A DNA stretch of 64,000 nucleotides from contig JBDHJS010000005.1 of the NCBI GenBank assembly GCA_039586795.1, positions 1 through 64,000 on the forward strand. Reading direction: 5' to 3'. The translations under genes were made by a program, and so were the position numbers. The notes beneath the pieces were generated by a model, which did not search any database, was not told the DNA's origin, and saw nothing but the letters and a program-made list of their open reading frames with translations. Below are positions 48,275 to 58,308 of the stretch, one piece after another (positions within the stretch are counted from its first letter, which is position 1; every line of letters starts with the position of its first letter). The stretch comes from Gemmatimonadota bacterium. Lineage in GTDB: Bacteria > Gemmatimonadota > Gemmatimonadetes > Palauibacterales > KS3-K002.

Positions 48275-49507
48275 ATGATGAAACGGAGCCGGTATTCCTT
48301 CGCGACCCGGCTGTTCATCGTTCTCTTCCTGTTGTCGGCCGTTCCATCGGTCGCGTTGCTCGGCCTGGCTACCTGGGGTCTGCGCAACTACGCCGAACTG
48401 GCGCGGAGCGCCGGGCCGTGGAGTCGGGTGGGCGCCTCCGGCAGCGAGCTGCTGGCGACGCTCGACTCGGTCCCCGCGGACTCCGCGGTACGAATCGCAG
48501 CCGACGAGCACGAAGCGGAGCTGTCCCGTTCGGTCAGCTTCGCGCGTCGGTGGGACCTGATTGCCCAGCGGCTAACGCGAGCGCTTCCCTGGATCGCGCT
48601 GGTGCTGGGTCTATCCCTCGCCATCGTGGCCGCCTGGTCGGCCCGGCAGTTAGCGCGAGGGCTGAGCCGGCCGGTGAACGACATCGCTGACTGGGCGGGC
48701 CGACTGGCGCGCGAGGAACCGCTCCCCGAGTCTGGCCCTGAAGTCGAGAGGGAGCCGCCGGAGTTCTCTGTTCTGCGCGACGCGTTTCGCTCGATGGCCA
48801 CGCGGTTGGAAGAAGGGCGCAAGCAAGCGTTGGAGGCGGAACGCATGCGAGCGGCGACCGAGATGTCGAGGCGCGTAGCGCACGAGATCAAGAACCCGTT
48901 AACGCCGCTTAAGCTCGCCGTTCGACAGGCGCGGATGCTAGCCGCCGGCGGCGACGCGGAGGCAATCGAGGAACCGCTTCAGGTGATCTCGAACGAAGCG
49001 GACCGCCTGGACGAGATGGCGAGGACGTTCTCGCAGCTGGGTCGACTGCCGGAGGGACCGACAAGCGAGATCGACCTGGAGGAGATGCTGCGCGCGCTGC
49101 TCGCCAGCGATCTGCCGGAGACGATCAGCGGCACGTTGAATGCAGAGGAAGGTCTACCGTTAGTCGAAGGCCACCTGGAAGCGTTGAACCGAGCCTTCAG
49201 AAACCTGCTTGGCAATGCGGTCGAGGCGCTAACCGATCGAACGGACGGCCGGATCGATGTGTCTCTGGCGTTGCGGAGTGACACGGTGGAAGTCGCAATT
49301 GCCGACAACGGGCCCGGTATCGAACCGGAGAGCCGAATGGAGCTGTGGAATCCAGATTTCACGACCAAGCGGCGCGGTACGGGACTCGGCCTCGCGCTGG
49401 TGCGCCAAACGGTGAGGGCGCACGGTGGCGACGTGACGCTCCGGGACACCGAGCACGGCGCCTGCTTCCTCGTTCGACTGCCTGTGAAGAAAGCGAGCGC
49501 CGGGTGA
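48275..49507 (+). CDS. HAMP-domain sensor histidine kinase (NtrY-like)
   Basis: VAHEIKNPLTP, NLLGNAVEA, DNGPGI, FTTKRRGTGLGL. Confidence 0.93.
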   Translation: MMKRSRYSFATRLFIVLFLLSAVPSVALLGLATWGLRNYAELARSAGPWSRVGASGSELLATLDSVPADSAVRIAADEHEAELSRSVSFARRWDLIAQRLTRALPWIALVLGLSLAIVAAWSARQLARGLSRPVNDIADWAGRLAREEPLPESGPEVEREPPEFSVLRDAFRSMATRLEEGRKQALEAERMRAATEMSRRVAHEIKNPLTPLKLAVRQARMLAAGGDAEAIEEPLQVISNEADRLDEMARTFSQLGRLPEGPTSEIDLEEMLRALLASDLPETISGTLNAEEGLPLVEGHLEALNRAFRNLLGNAVEALTDRTDGRIDVSLALRSDTVEVAIADNGPGIEPESRMELWNPDFTTKRRGTGLGLALVRQTVRAHGGDVTLRDTEHGACFLVRLPVKKASAG

Positions 49508-51015
49508 GGCGTCTTTCCATTCTCTTGCCCGCAGCGCTGGCGATCGGTTGCGGTGGCTCCGAACCGCGCGGCGCCGGCTCGTCGGCGGAAGACTTACCTG
49601 CCGCTGATCCGATGGAGCGCGTTGAGACGACGACGCGCGGCGGATCCGCCGACATCGTACCCGAGTTCCGACTGCGACTCGACCCGGGCGCCCATCTGAT
49701 CGACGCGACCATCGAACTGGACGTCCAGGAGCCGACTTCGATCCACTTGCTGTTCCGCGCCGAGTGGGATGGATATCCCGGCCTAGAATCACGACTTAGC
49801 AGGCTGGAAGCCTTTGGACCGGGCGGCGCGCTGAACGTCGCGATGAACGCTGGAGAGCTGGGCGCCGGCCACCACATTGTTGAGGTCGAGCGGCCGGAAC
49901 GGATCACCATCGCTTACGAGATGGTTCTGGCGCCGCCCGACGAGACGATCCTGTATCACCGAGCATCTCAACTGGCGCGCGACGGCGGCCACCTGCTCGG
50001 CGCCGATGCACTACCGAGGGTATGGGTCGGGCGACCGGTCCGCGGTGCGCGCCCCGCTCTCGTCTGGTTCAATGGTCTGCCGCTGAACTGGCGCGTCGCC
50101 AGCATCGAAAGTCGCTCAGGCACAGGCTACGCTGTCGCCGACATCGTGAACGCGGTCTTCGTCGTCGGATCGCTGCGCACGCAGCGGACGAGCGTCGGTC
50201 GACATACGCTGACCTCGGCGCTTCACGGCAGTTGGCCCGTCGGGGACCGGCGCGTCTTCGACGCGACGGATGCGATATCGGGTAGCCTGTATCGCATCGC
50301 CGGTGACGGCTGGGCGCCGGGCGACTACGTGCTGGGCGCCGGTCGCGTGCCCGGCGGCATTCGCGGGCGCAGCACGGGCGGCCAGGTGATCGGTCACTCG
50401 GGGATCGTTTACGTTGGTGGCTCGGGCCCGGCGGAGTTCGAGTTCAGGCACTGGATGTACACGACGGCGCACGAGCTGACGCACTGGTACATCCCGACCG
50501 GATTTCGCTTCGGCGGTGCGCCGCCGCGCTGGTTCGCAGAGGGTTTCACCGACTACCTGGCCCTCAAGATCCTGCTGGCGGGGAACCTTATCGAGCCGCA
50601 GGCATTTCTCGACGAAATCGCGGTGCGCTTGAATCGTTATCGCGAGAGCCGGCACTACGGGGTGCGTTCGATCGTCGATGCCGAGGAGGATTTCTGGGAG
50701 AGCGACACGTACCGCTACATATACGACGGCGGCGCTTCAGCGGCCTTCCTGTTGGATCTTGGTTTCCAGGACAGGGGCCGTGCGCTGGAGCAAGCGATAA
50801 AGACGGCGCGCGGGCGTCCGCCCGTTACGACGCAGACGTTGAAGACCGCTCTGGCCGCCATACCCGAGAACGAGTGGCTACACGACTGGCTCGCCGACGG
50901 TCGCAATCCCGACTGGGACGCCAGACTGGAGCGTTACAGGCTAGCCTGGAGAAACAACACACTTGTGAGTCTAGATGATTGGGCAACGAATGCACTCGGT
51001 ACAATTCGACCGTAG
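49504..51015 (+). CDS. Gluzincin-type (M61/M1-like) metallopeptidase lipoprotein
   Basis: AIGC lipobox, HELTH...WFAEGFTDY, Y..G motif; GTGA overlap with the kinase. Confidence 0.8.
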   Translation: MRRLSILLPAALAIGCGGSEPRGAGSSAEDLPAADPMERVETTTRGGSADIVPEFRLRLDPGAHLIDATIELDVQEPTSIHLLFRAEWDGYPGLESRLSRLEAFGPGGALNVAMNAGELGAGHHIVEVERPERITIAYEMVLAPPDETILYHRASQLARDGGHLLGADALPRVWVGRPVRGARPALVWFNGLPLNWRVASIESRSGTGYAVADIVNAVFVVGSLRTQRTSVGRHTLTSALHGSWPVGDRRVFDATDAISGSLYRIAGDGWAPGDYVLGAGRVPGGIRGRSTGGQVIGHSGIVYVGGSGPAEFEFRHWMYTTAHELTHWYIPTGFRFGGAPPRWFAEGFTDYLALKILLAGNLIEPQAFLDEIAVRLNRYRESRHYGVRSIVDAEEDFWESDTYRYIYDGGASAAFLLDLGFQDRGRALEQAIKTARGRPPVTTQTLKTALAAIPENEWLHDWLADGRNPDWDARLERYRLAWRNNTLVSLDDWATNALGTIRP

Positions 51016-53203
51016 CGATCGGCGTGTCGTTCTAGCGCTGGTCTCGCTGTTATGTCTCGCATCACCGTGCACACTGTCGGCTCAACACGTGCTCGAGCTG
51101 GCCCGGGAACGTCACAAAAATCCCGATCCCGAGCTTATCGACTACAGATCGCGGCTCAACACGTTGGTCAGCGCCGGTTGGATCACCGATCCGCTGGCGC
51201 CGGCCCAGCTGATCATCGCCAGCGAGCTGGCGTCGACCGTCGCCTGGGAGCGCGCCGGTGGATTGCAGGTGAGGATGGTCGGCCAACGATACGTCACGTC
51301 GTTCGGTCGCGATGTGGAGGCCGGTCTGGATTTCGGCCAGCCCTGGTTCGTCGCCACAACGCCGGGCGACAGCCTGCGCGTTCTGGGGAGTATCGAGATA
51401 CCGAACCGCGCGGCGATCCACCCGTTCGCGATGGGCGCCGACCGCTACTACGAGTATGAGCTCGGCGATACGGTGGCTTTGCTGGTCCCCGGGCGACGCG
51501 TCGACCTCATCGAGGTGCGCGTCACGCCGACGCGAGGCGACGAATCGCTGGTCGTCGGGTCACTGTGGGTTGATGGATTAACCGGTGACATCGGCGCGAT
51601 GCAGATCCGCTTCGTCGGCCGTCCGTTATGGGCCGATGACGACGATCCCGACGGGCAGAAGTGGGCGAACCGCATCCTCTCGGTGTCGGCCTCTATTCAG
51701 CAGGGCCTGTGGGAGACCCGCTACTGGTTGCCGCATCGCCAGGAGCTGGAGTTGATGGTGCGAATCCCGTTCATCGGCAACTTCGCGATTCCCGTGATGT
51801 TTAAGAGTGAGTTCGGCCGCTACGACATCAACACCGGCGAGGCGATCGATTGGGTGTCGCCAGACTCGCTTCGCATCGGTGATGAATCGGATGTTGACTT
51901 CCATGACGGCACGACGATGGCGATCAACGTCGGTGAACGGGCGGACATGGAGGAGGTGGCCGGCCCGGACACGGCGGGCGTGCACGAAGTCTTCCCGGAG
52001 CGTGAGATGCTGCAGGTGCGAGCCGGGCCTGCCAAGGGCGGCTGGGAGATCATTCGGCCGCCAGACGATACGCTTCTGGCGTTTGACGAGTGGGACCGGC
52101 CGCTGGAGGAGCCGGCGTCAGAGCTGACCATGCCATCGGCGGAAGAGTTGGAGCGGCGCGCGCGGTCGCTCTCCAACGAGATCATGGGGCGTAAGCTCTT
52201 TTCGATCCAATACGATCGGCTGCCTGAGTTCCTCCGTTACAATCGAGTCGAGGCGTTGGGCGTCGGGCTGTTCGGCCGCTATGAGATCCCGCGCCGACCG
52301 TTCTGGTCGTTGGGCGGCGGCATCGGCTTTGGTTTGGCGGACCTGGCGTTCAAGGGCAAGGCGGATATTCGTTACGACGCGCCGAGCAAACAGCTGCAGC
52401 TGGCCGGATACAGCGAGTATCATTTCATGGGCAGCACGCTGACCAACGACAAGCGCGCCTACACCGAATTCCTACGACCGTTCTTCCTGGGTCGCGACGA
52501 CAACGATTACTACCGAGCCAGCGGCGTCGCACTGACTGCCGGCCGTCGCTGGGGCCGTTTTAGTCTCAAGATCGGTGCCGGCTGGGAAGATCATCGCACG
52601 GTCGAGAAGAACACCGACATCGCGATTCCCGGAATCTGGAAAGACACCGTCTTCCAACCCAACCCGCCGGCCGACGAAGGCGACTACTGGCGTGGTGACC
52701 TTTCCGGCACGATCTACATCGGCGACTGGACACGGCCGACCAATCGCGCCGAGTTCGGATTCGGCCTCGAAGGAGGCACGGGAAGCGGAAGCGAGTATCT
52801 GCAGCCGCGGGCCAGCCTGGAGGGTCGGATCGACTTCGGAAGCTTCGCCGCGATGGCGTTCACCACGCAGGCCGGTTGGTCGACCGGCACCGTTCCGTTC
52901 CAACGCCTCTGGGGGTTGGGTGGCCTGCGGACGGTTCGTGGCTTCATCTTCGGGAGCCAGCGCGGCGACTCGTTCTGGTTCGGACAGCTGGAGCTGTCTC
53001 CCAAGCGGAAGCGAATCACGCCGGTGATCTTTGGCGATGTCGGCTGGGCCGGCGACGTCAACGACTGGCCAAACGACGACCGGGAGCCGTTGTGGTCGCT
53101 GGGTATCGGCGCCAGCTTCTTCTACGGGGTGTTCCGAACCGACCTGGTGTTTCCGAAGGCAGAGGACGTTTGGTTCGAGTTCTATTTCGCCGGCGCTCTA
53201 TAG
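50990..53203 (+). CDS. Secreted/outer-membrane hypothetical protein with C-terminal beta-barrel
   Basis: Signal peptide, RYNRVEAL, LGGLRTVRGF (Omp85-like VRGF), aromatic C-terminal strands. Confidence 0.75.
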   Translation: MHSVQFDRSDRRVVLALVSLLCLASPCTLSAQHVLELARERHKNPDPELIDYRSRLNTLVSAGWITDPLAPAQLIIASELASTVAWERAGGLQVRMVGQRYVTSFGRDVEAGLDFGQPWFVATTPGDSLRVLGSIEIPNRAAIHPFAMGADRYYEYELGDTVALLVPGRRVDLIEVRVTPTRGDESLVVGSLWVDGLTGDIGAMQIRFVGRPLWADDDDPDGQKWANRILSVSASIQQGLWETRYWLPHRQELELMVRIPFIGNFAIPVMFKSEFGRYDINTGEAIDWVSPDSLRIGDESDVDFHDGTTMAINVGERADMEEVAGPDTAGVHEVFPEREMLQVRAGPAKGGWEIIRPPDDTLLAFDEWDRPLEEPASELTMPSAEELERRARSLSNEIMGRKLFSIQYDRLPEFLRYNRVEALGVGLFGRYEIPRRPFWSLGGGIGFGLADLAFKGKADIRYDAPSKQLQLAGYSEYHFMGSTLTNDKRAYTEFLRPFFLGRDDNDYYRASGVALTAGRRWGRFSLKIGAGWEDHRTVEKNTDIAIPGIWKDTVFQPNPPADEGDYWRGDLSGTIYIGDWTRPTNRAEFGFGLEGGTGSGSEYLQPRASLEGRIDFGSFAAMAFTTQAGWSTGTVPFQRLWGLGGLRTVRGFIFGSQRGDSFWFGQLELSPKRKRITPVIFGDVGWAGDVNDWPNDDREPLWSLGIGASFFYGVFRTDLVFPKAEDVWFEFYFAGAL

Positions 53204-53213
53204 AGCTACACCG

Positions 53214-54563
53214 ATGACGCGAATCCTGATCGTCGACGACGAAGGCAACATCCGCCGGATGGTTGCCAGCCTTCTGGAAGCGGAAGGCTACACCACCGTA
53301 GAAGCAGGCTCCGGTGAAGAAGGCCTGCGCAAGATCGCGTCCGAGGAGCCCGACGCTATGCTTCTCGATCTGGCGCTGCCCGGGCAGAGCGGCATCGAGA
53401 TTCTCGGACAGGTCGCCGAGCGCTGGCCCGAAGTCCCGGTCATCATGATGAGCGGGCAGGCGACGCTGAGCGATGCGGTTAAGGCGACGCGCCTGGGCGC
53501 TTTTCAGTTCCTCGAGAAGCCTCTAACGCCCGAAGCGGTGCTGATCACACTGCAGTCGGCGCTCGAACTGCGCCGACAACGCGATATCAACCGCGCCCTG
53601 CGACAGGAACTGGAGCCTGGCCAGGAGATGGTGGGAGCGAGCGCCGTCATGGAAGAAGTCCGGGCGCTGGTGCGACGCGTCGCTACGACCGATTCTCGGG
53701 TCTTAATCACCGGCGATAGCGGCACGGGCAAGGAGTTGGTGGCGATCGCGGTTCACGGCACGTCGGAGCGGCGCAACGGTCCGTTCGTGCGCATCAACTG
53801 CGCGGCGATCCCTCGCGACCTGATCGAGAGCGAGATGTTCGGCCACGAGAAGGGCGCCTTCACGGGCGCCACGGCGCAGCGGCGTGGCAAGTTCGAACTG
53901 GCGAGCGGCGGCACGCTGTTTCTGGACGAGGTGGGCGACCTGAGTCCGGAAGCGCAGGCGAAGCTGCTGCGCGCCATCGATGCGGGTGAGATCGAGCGCG
54001 TCGGCGGCGACGAGCTGATCCCGATCGACGTTCGCATCGTCGCGGCGACGAACCACGATCTGGAGAAGGAAGTCTCGGAAGGAAGTTTCCGCGAGGACCT
54101 GTTCTTCAGACTGCACGTGATGCCGATCAAGCTGCCGCCGCTGCGCGAGCGGCGCGAAGATATACCGAGCCTGGTCACGCATTTCGTCGAGCGCTTCCGG
54201 GCACGCCACGGTCTGCGGCCGCCCGATTTCAGCGAATCGGCGATGAAAGCGCTGGTCACCTACGATTGGCCCGGCAACATCCGCGAGCTGGGCAACGCGA
54301 TCGAGCGTTTGATGATCCTCTATCCCGAGAAGACGATCTCGTCGACGGAGATCGAATCCGTCCTGCCCCGCGTTCAACTCGCGCCCACGTCGCTCGACGT
54401 CGAAGGCGGCTCTCTCTCCGAGATGCTCGAAGGCTACGAGCGCCAAGTTATACGCAACGCCTTGGACGCATCGGCGGGCAATGTCGCTGAAGCCGCGCGT
54501 AAGTTGAGTACCGATCGGCCTAATTTGTATAGACGGATGAAGAGGTTGGGGATCGATCGGTAG
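53214..54563 (+). CDS. Sigma54-dependent response regulator (NtrC/NtrX family)
   Basis: ILIVDDE receiver, GDSGTGKE, GAFTGA, FLDEVG, WPGNIREL, Fis-type HTH. Confidence 0.96.
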   Translation: MTRILIVDDEGNIRRMVASLLEAEGYTTVEAGSGEEGLRKIASEEPDAMLLDLALPGQSGIEILGQVAERWPEVPVIMMSGQATLSDAVKATRLGAFQFLEKPLTPEAVLITLQSALELRRQRDINRALRQELEPGQEMVGASAVMEEVRALVRRVATTDSRVLITGDSGTGKELVAIAVHGTSERRNGPFVRINCAAIPRDLIESEMFGHEKGAFTGATAQRRGKFELASGGTLFLDEVGDLSPEAQAKLLRAIDAGEIERVGGDELIPIDVRIVAATNHDLEKEVSEGSFREDLFFRLHVMPIKLPPLRERREDIPSLVTHFVERFRARHGLRPPDFSESAMKALVTYDWPGNIRELGNAIERLMILYPEKTISSTEIESVLPRVQLAPTSLDVEGGSLSEMLEGYERQVIRNALDASAGNVAEAARKLSTDRPNLYRRMKRLGIDR

Positions 54564-54578
54564 GCAGGTAACTGCACT

Positions 54579-54759
54579 ATTTCGACAGCCGACAGCCGAC
54601 AGCCGCGTACCGACTTTCGAGTCCTGTTGGGCGATCGACGCCCGACGCTCGACGTACGTCGTTCGAGATCGACGTAGGACGCGCGTCGGACGTCGGGCGT
54701 TGGAAGCCGAATAGGATTCGGGCGCCGATACGTGGCTGTCGGCTGTCGGCTGTCGAAAT
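54579..54759. repeat. 181-bp palindromic element with (CGACAGC)n arms
   Basis: 31-bp terminal inverted repeat with one mismatch (54579-54609 / 54729-54759) and further internal pairing. Confidence 0.85.
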
Positions 54760-54761
54760 GT

Positions 54762-54877
54762 AATGTGCCGGAACGGCACATTTCCGTCTCCAACTGACAC
54801 GCCCTCCTCCCCAGCCATCCCGAAACTCCGCACCATCCCTTAACCGACCAGCCAGCCAACGGGGTATTGGGTTTGCT
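54762..54877 (+). promoter_or_regulatory. Putative activator site plus sigma54 promoter
   Basis: Palindrome aatgtgccg-gaa-cggcacatt (54762-54782); GG-N10-GC in ggGGtattgggtTTGCt (54863-54876). Confidence 0.6.
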
Positions 54878-54919
54878 TCGAAATAGGCAGACGAGCAGTT
54901 TGCCTGTGCGGAGGAAACC

Positions 54920-56614
54920 ATGAGACTCTACAAATTCTTCATTGCAGCAGCCCTCCTTTTCTGCATCCAGTCGATCGCCAGCGCCCAGGACACGGTGACC
55001 GTGGGCGTACAGGCGCCGCTGGCCGCGGGAGAGGAGCTGCCTCGGAGCGTGGCAGACCGGCTGATCGCCTATTACAACCGCGAGTCCACGATCCGCTTCG
55101 GCGGTCGGACCCACATACCCGGTGGACGGACGATTACCGGCGATGTCGGGGTACTGGGCGGGCCCGTCGACCTGGCGGGCACGGTGGACGGCGACCTGTT
55201 GCTGATCAACGGCGACATCACGCTACGCGAAGGCTCACGAATAACCGGCGACCTGATCGTGGTCGGCGGTGTCGTGATCGGTCAGGACGAGGGGCAGGTC
55301 GATGGTGTCATCACGGTGTACACGGCAATCCTCCGCTACCGTCGCACCGATGATGGGATCGAGTACATGGGATCGGAAGCGGTTCGCACCTACGAACCGG
55401 GTGAAGGTCGAAAGCTGGAGCTTCCGTCGTGGAAGCTGGGAGACAGCCAGATCTTCCTTGCGATCGGGCCGTACAACAGGATCGAGGCGCTGCCGATCAG
55501 GGTCGGGCCGCGCATCACGACGAGCGGCAGCAACCCGCTCCGCGTCGAGGCATTGCTCGTCTACCGAACGATCGGTGGTTTCTCGCCGAGCTCCGCCGAC
55601 ATCGGCTACGAGGTGCGGGCACGCCAGTGGCTGTTCGGCCATCGATCGGTGTGGCTCGAGGGTGGATTACAGCAGGTCATCAGCCCGATCGAGAATTGGC
55701 ATCTGTCGAACCTGGAGAACTCGCTCACGCTATTCCTCTTCCGTCGGGATTACAGGGACTACTTCGAGCGGGAAGGGTGGTACGGGCAGTTCGGCTGGGA
55801 GACCGAGGGCGGCTTCTTCGGGTCCGCCGAGTACCGCGACGAACGAAACCGAACCCGGAATACCAACAACGTCTGGACGATCTTCTTCAACAAGGGCGAC
55901 CCGCTGCGGCCCAACGCGGCGATCGACCAGGGCGAGCTCAGAAGTCTGCTGTTCACGATCGGGATCGACACGCGGACGGATGAGATCCGCCCGCTCTCCG
56001 GTTGGTACACCTCGTTCATGGTCGAGCAGGCGGTCGGCGGAGAGCTCAGCGGACGAAAGCCCGACTTCACCCAATTCTCCCTCGACGCCCGCAGGTACTT
56101 CAGGGTAAGCCGCAATTCTGTTCTGGCATTGCGGCTCGCCGGCGGCGGCCCGTTCGGCAGAGACGTGGTGCCTGCACAGCGGGAGCATTACATCGGCGGC
56201 GCCGGCTCGTTGCCCGGCTACGACATGATGCAGTTCGACTGCGGGGCGCGGGGCTCGCCAGACTTCGGAACACTCCCCGACTACGGCTGTCAGCGCTTCG
56301 CCCTCTTCCAGGCGGAGTACCGCAGCAGCCTGAATTTCCATTTCCACTGGGACCACAGATCGACGCCACGGGATGCTCAATGGAAGGGCAGTCCGTTCAG
56401 CGCCGATTTCAACCCGGCCATCGTCCTGTTCTACAACGCTGGCTCGGCATGGAGTACCGATGAGGATTATTGGAACCACCTCACGAAAGGTGACAACTGG
56501 GTAGCGGACCTCGGAGCCGGAGTGGAATTCGGCGGTCTGGGTCTCTATTTCGCCTACCCGTTGGTCGGAACAGGGGGGCTCAACGTAGTCCTGCGGCTCA
56601 CCGCCCGGTTCTGA
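54920..56614 (+). CDS. Omp85/BamA-TamA-like outer membrane protein with N-terminal beta-helix repeats
   Basis: Signal peptide, GDVGVLGGPV/GDLLLINGDI/GDLIVVGG repeats, YNRIEAL, IGGAGSLPGY, terminal RF. Confidence 0.78.
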   Translation: MRLYKFFIAAALLFCIQSIASAQDTVTVGVQAPLAAGEELPRSVADRLIAYYNRESTIRFGGRTHIPGGRTITGDVGVLGGPVDLAGTVDGDLLLINGDITLREGSRITGDLIVVGGVVIGQDEGQVDGVITVYTAILRYRRTDDGIEYMGSEAVRTYEPGEGRKLELPSWKLGDSQIFLAIGPYNRIEALPIRVGPRITTSGSNPLRVEALLVYRTIGGFSPSSADIGYEVRARQWLFGHRSVWLEGGLQQVISPIENWHLSNLENSLTLFLFRRDYRDYFEREGWYGQFGWETEGGFFGSAEYRDERNRTRNTNNVWTIFFNKGDPLRPNAAIDQGELRSLLFTIGIDTRTDEIRPLSGWYTSFMVEQAVGGELSGRKPDFTQFSLDARRYFRVSRNSVLALRLAGGGPFGRDVVPAQREHYIGGAGSLPGYDMMQFDCGARGSPDFGTLPDYGCQRFALFQAEYRSSLNFHFHWDHRSTPRDAQWKGSPFSADFNPAIVLFYNAGSAWSTDEDYWNHLTKGDNWVADLGAGVEFGGLGLYFAYPLVGTGGLNVVLRLTARF

Positions 56615-57234
56615 TCGCGGCCGCTACCGCCCTGATTCTGGCCGCCGCCAGCACGGCGTCGGCCCAGGATCCCCATCTGTCCGTCTCTCCGGGCAACGCG
56701 GAGAACGGATGGCGGGGCGCCGTACGTCCTGTCGGGCTGCTCACCGATTCGGCGCTCATTCGCCCCCTCATCTCCGGCCTGCCTCTGCGCTTCCACTTCC
56801 AGCTGGAGCTGTGGAACGACAGGTTCCTGACGGACGGCCTGGTGCACCGGGCGACGTGGTCGCTGATCCTCTATCAGGAACCGCTGTCCGATGAGTACCG
56901 GATGACCTACTCGTGGGCGCCGGAAGCGGAGGATTGGTTCATCACGCTGGAGGCGGCATCGGCGGCGCTGGAACGATGGTGGAATACGGTGTTGCCGGGC
57001 CCCGAACCGGGAAGCGGTTCGTATTACTACGAAGCGAAGCTCGAGGTGGAGATTCTCTCGTTGGGCGATCTTGATGAGCTGGAGCATTGGCTGCGCGGGG
57101 AGGTCACCGGCGAGGAAATCACGGGCGGCGGGGTCTTCGGCGCGCTGGGTCGGGGCCTCAAACGGCTGTTCATCCGAATGATCGGGCTCTCCGCCCGAAA
57201 TTACGAGTCCCGCACCGAGTCCTTCAGACCGTAG
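56611..57234 (+). CDS. Secreted hypothetical protein (DUF4390-like); probable CTG start
   Basis: Open frame upstream of the track start encodes a signal peptide (LIAAATALILAAASTASAQD) and SGLPLRFHFQLELW. Confidence 0.7.
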   Translation: MIAAATALILAAASTASAQDPHLSVSPGNAENGWRGAVRPVGLLTDSALIRPLISGLPLRFHFQLELWNDRFLTDGLVHRATWSLILYQEPLSDEYRMTYSWAPEAEDWFITLEAASAALERWWNTVLPGPEPGSGSYYYEAKLEVEILSLGDLDELEHWLRGEVTGEEITGGGVFGALGRGLKRLFIRMIGLSARNYESRTESFRP

Positions 57235-57303
57235 GAACTCGCCCCACCCAGTGAGGTCGTACTCGCACGCGTACTGGTGATCGAGTAGGAGAACATTGTC
57301 CGA

Positions 57304-57525
57304 CTATTCTTCGACCCCAGCCTCATTCACGTACTCAAGCAGATCGCCGGGCTGGCAGTCCAACTCGCGACAGATCGCGGCCAAGGTCGAGAAGCGGACC
57401 GCCTTCGCCTTGTTCGTCTTCAGGATCGAGAGGTTGGCCAGCGTGATTCCGATTCGCTCCGCCAGATCGGTCAGCGTGACCTTTCGTTCGACGAGAAGAC
57501 GGTCGAGGTGAACCACGATTCTCAT
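57304..57525 (-). CDS. Cro/C1-type HTH regulator (YozG-like)
   Basis: LTDLAERIGITLANLSILKTNKAKAVRFSTL.AIC..LDCQPGDLLEY. Confidence 0.95.
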   Translation of the reverse strand: MRIVVHLDRLLVERKVTLTDLAERIGITLANLSILKTNKAKAVRFSTLAAICRELDCQPGDLLEYVNEAGVEE

Positions 57526-57535
57526 CGTAACTACC

Positions 57536-58162
57536 TCACACCGTGAGCGATTGCTCTTCGTGCATCACCGAGGCCTGGCGGAAAACCTCGGCGATTAACA
57601 GAACTACGCCGCCGACGAACAGCAATCCGAGATTCGGTCGGAACGAGCTCACAATCGTCAGGCCCGTGATGCTGAGGTTCGCCTTCGCGAAGGAGGACAG
57701 CGCCAGCATGACGGCCCACCTGAAGAGTTCGAGCGCGACGATCAGGTACCCGATCAGCCTGACGCGGCTCGCGTTGACCCAGGCGAATGGCTCACCCGCC
57801 GCCAACCTCCTGAGCACCGCCCGAGTTTGGTGGAGGACGACCAGCAACAACGCAATCCAACTCCCGCCCAAGAAGATGTAGCCGAGCAAGAGTGCCCGGT
57901 TTCCGGTCCGGATCCCCAGCTTTCCCCTCGTCTCAAAGAACCCTGAACTTTCAATCTCGATCGTCTCGGAGCTGATCTCGTACGCGGAGGCCTCCAGCTC
58001 AAACGACAACGGCACATCGACGCGCATGTTCGCAGGGTTCCCCAACGCCGCCAGGATCACAGCGATCACCCAAAGCGCAGCGGACAAAAGGGTGACGTAC
58101 CACATCACCTCCAGCCCGATCCGCAGCACCGACGACAGCGACTTCTCTCCAAATGCCTTCAT
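57536..58162 (-). CDS. DUF2975 membrane protein
   Basis: GEPF...NASRVRLIG, IAEVFRQA..M.EEQSLTV; typical pairing with a YozG-like regulator. Confidence 0.9.
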   Translation of the reverse strand: MKAFGEKSLSSVLRIGLEVMWYVTLLSAALWVIAVILAALGNPANMRVDVPLSFELEASAYEISSETIEIESSGFFETRGKLGIRTGNRALLLGYIFLGGSWIALLLVVLHQTRAVLRRLAAGEPFAWVNASRVRLIGYLIVALELFRWAVMLALSSFAKANLSITGLTIVSSFRPNLGLLFVGGVVLLIAEVFRQASVMHEEQSLTV

Positions 58163-58222
58163 GACACTTCTCCAGTTCCCAAAGCCCGCCACGGCGGGCG
58201 CGATCTCAGGGGCACCGCTGTA

Positions 58223-58262
58223 TTTATTGTAAAACGATAAATCCTTATTGTCAATCAATAAG
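58223..58262 (-). promoter_or_regulatory. Sigma70 promoter covered by two tandem palindromic operators
   Basis: Minus strand TTGACA-N17-TACAAT; tttattgtaaaacgataaa and cttattgtcaatcaataag. Confidence 0.8.
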
Positions 58263-58308
58263 GACACGCCCTCCCGTAGAGGAACCCGCTCGCTTCGGGA
58301 CTCGTTTC

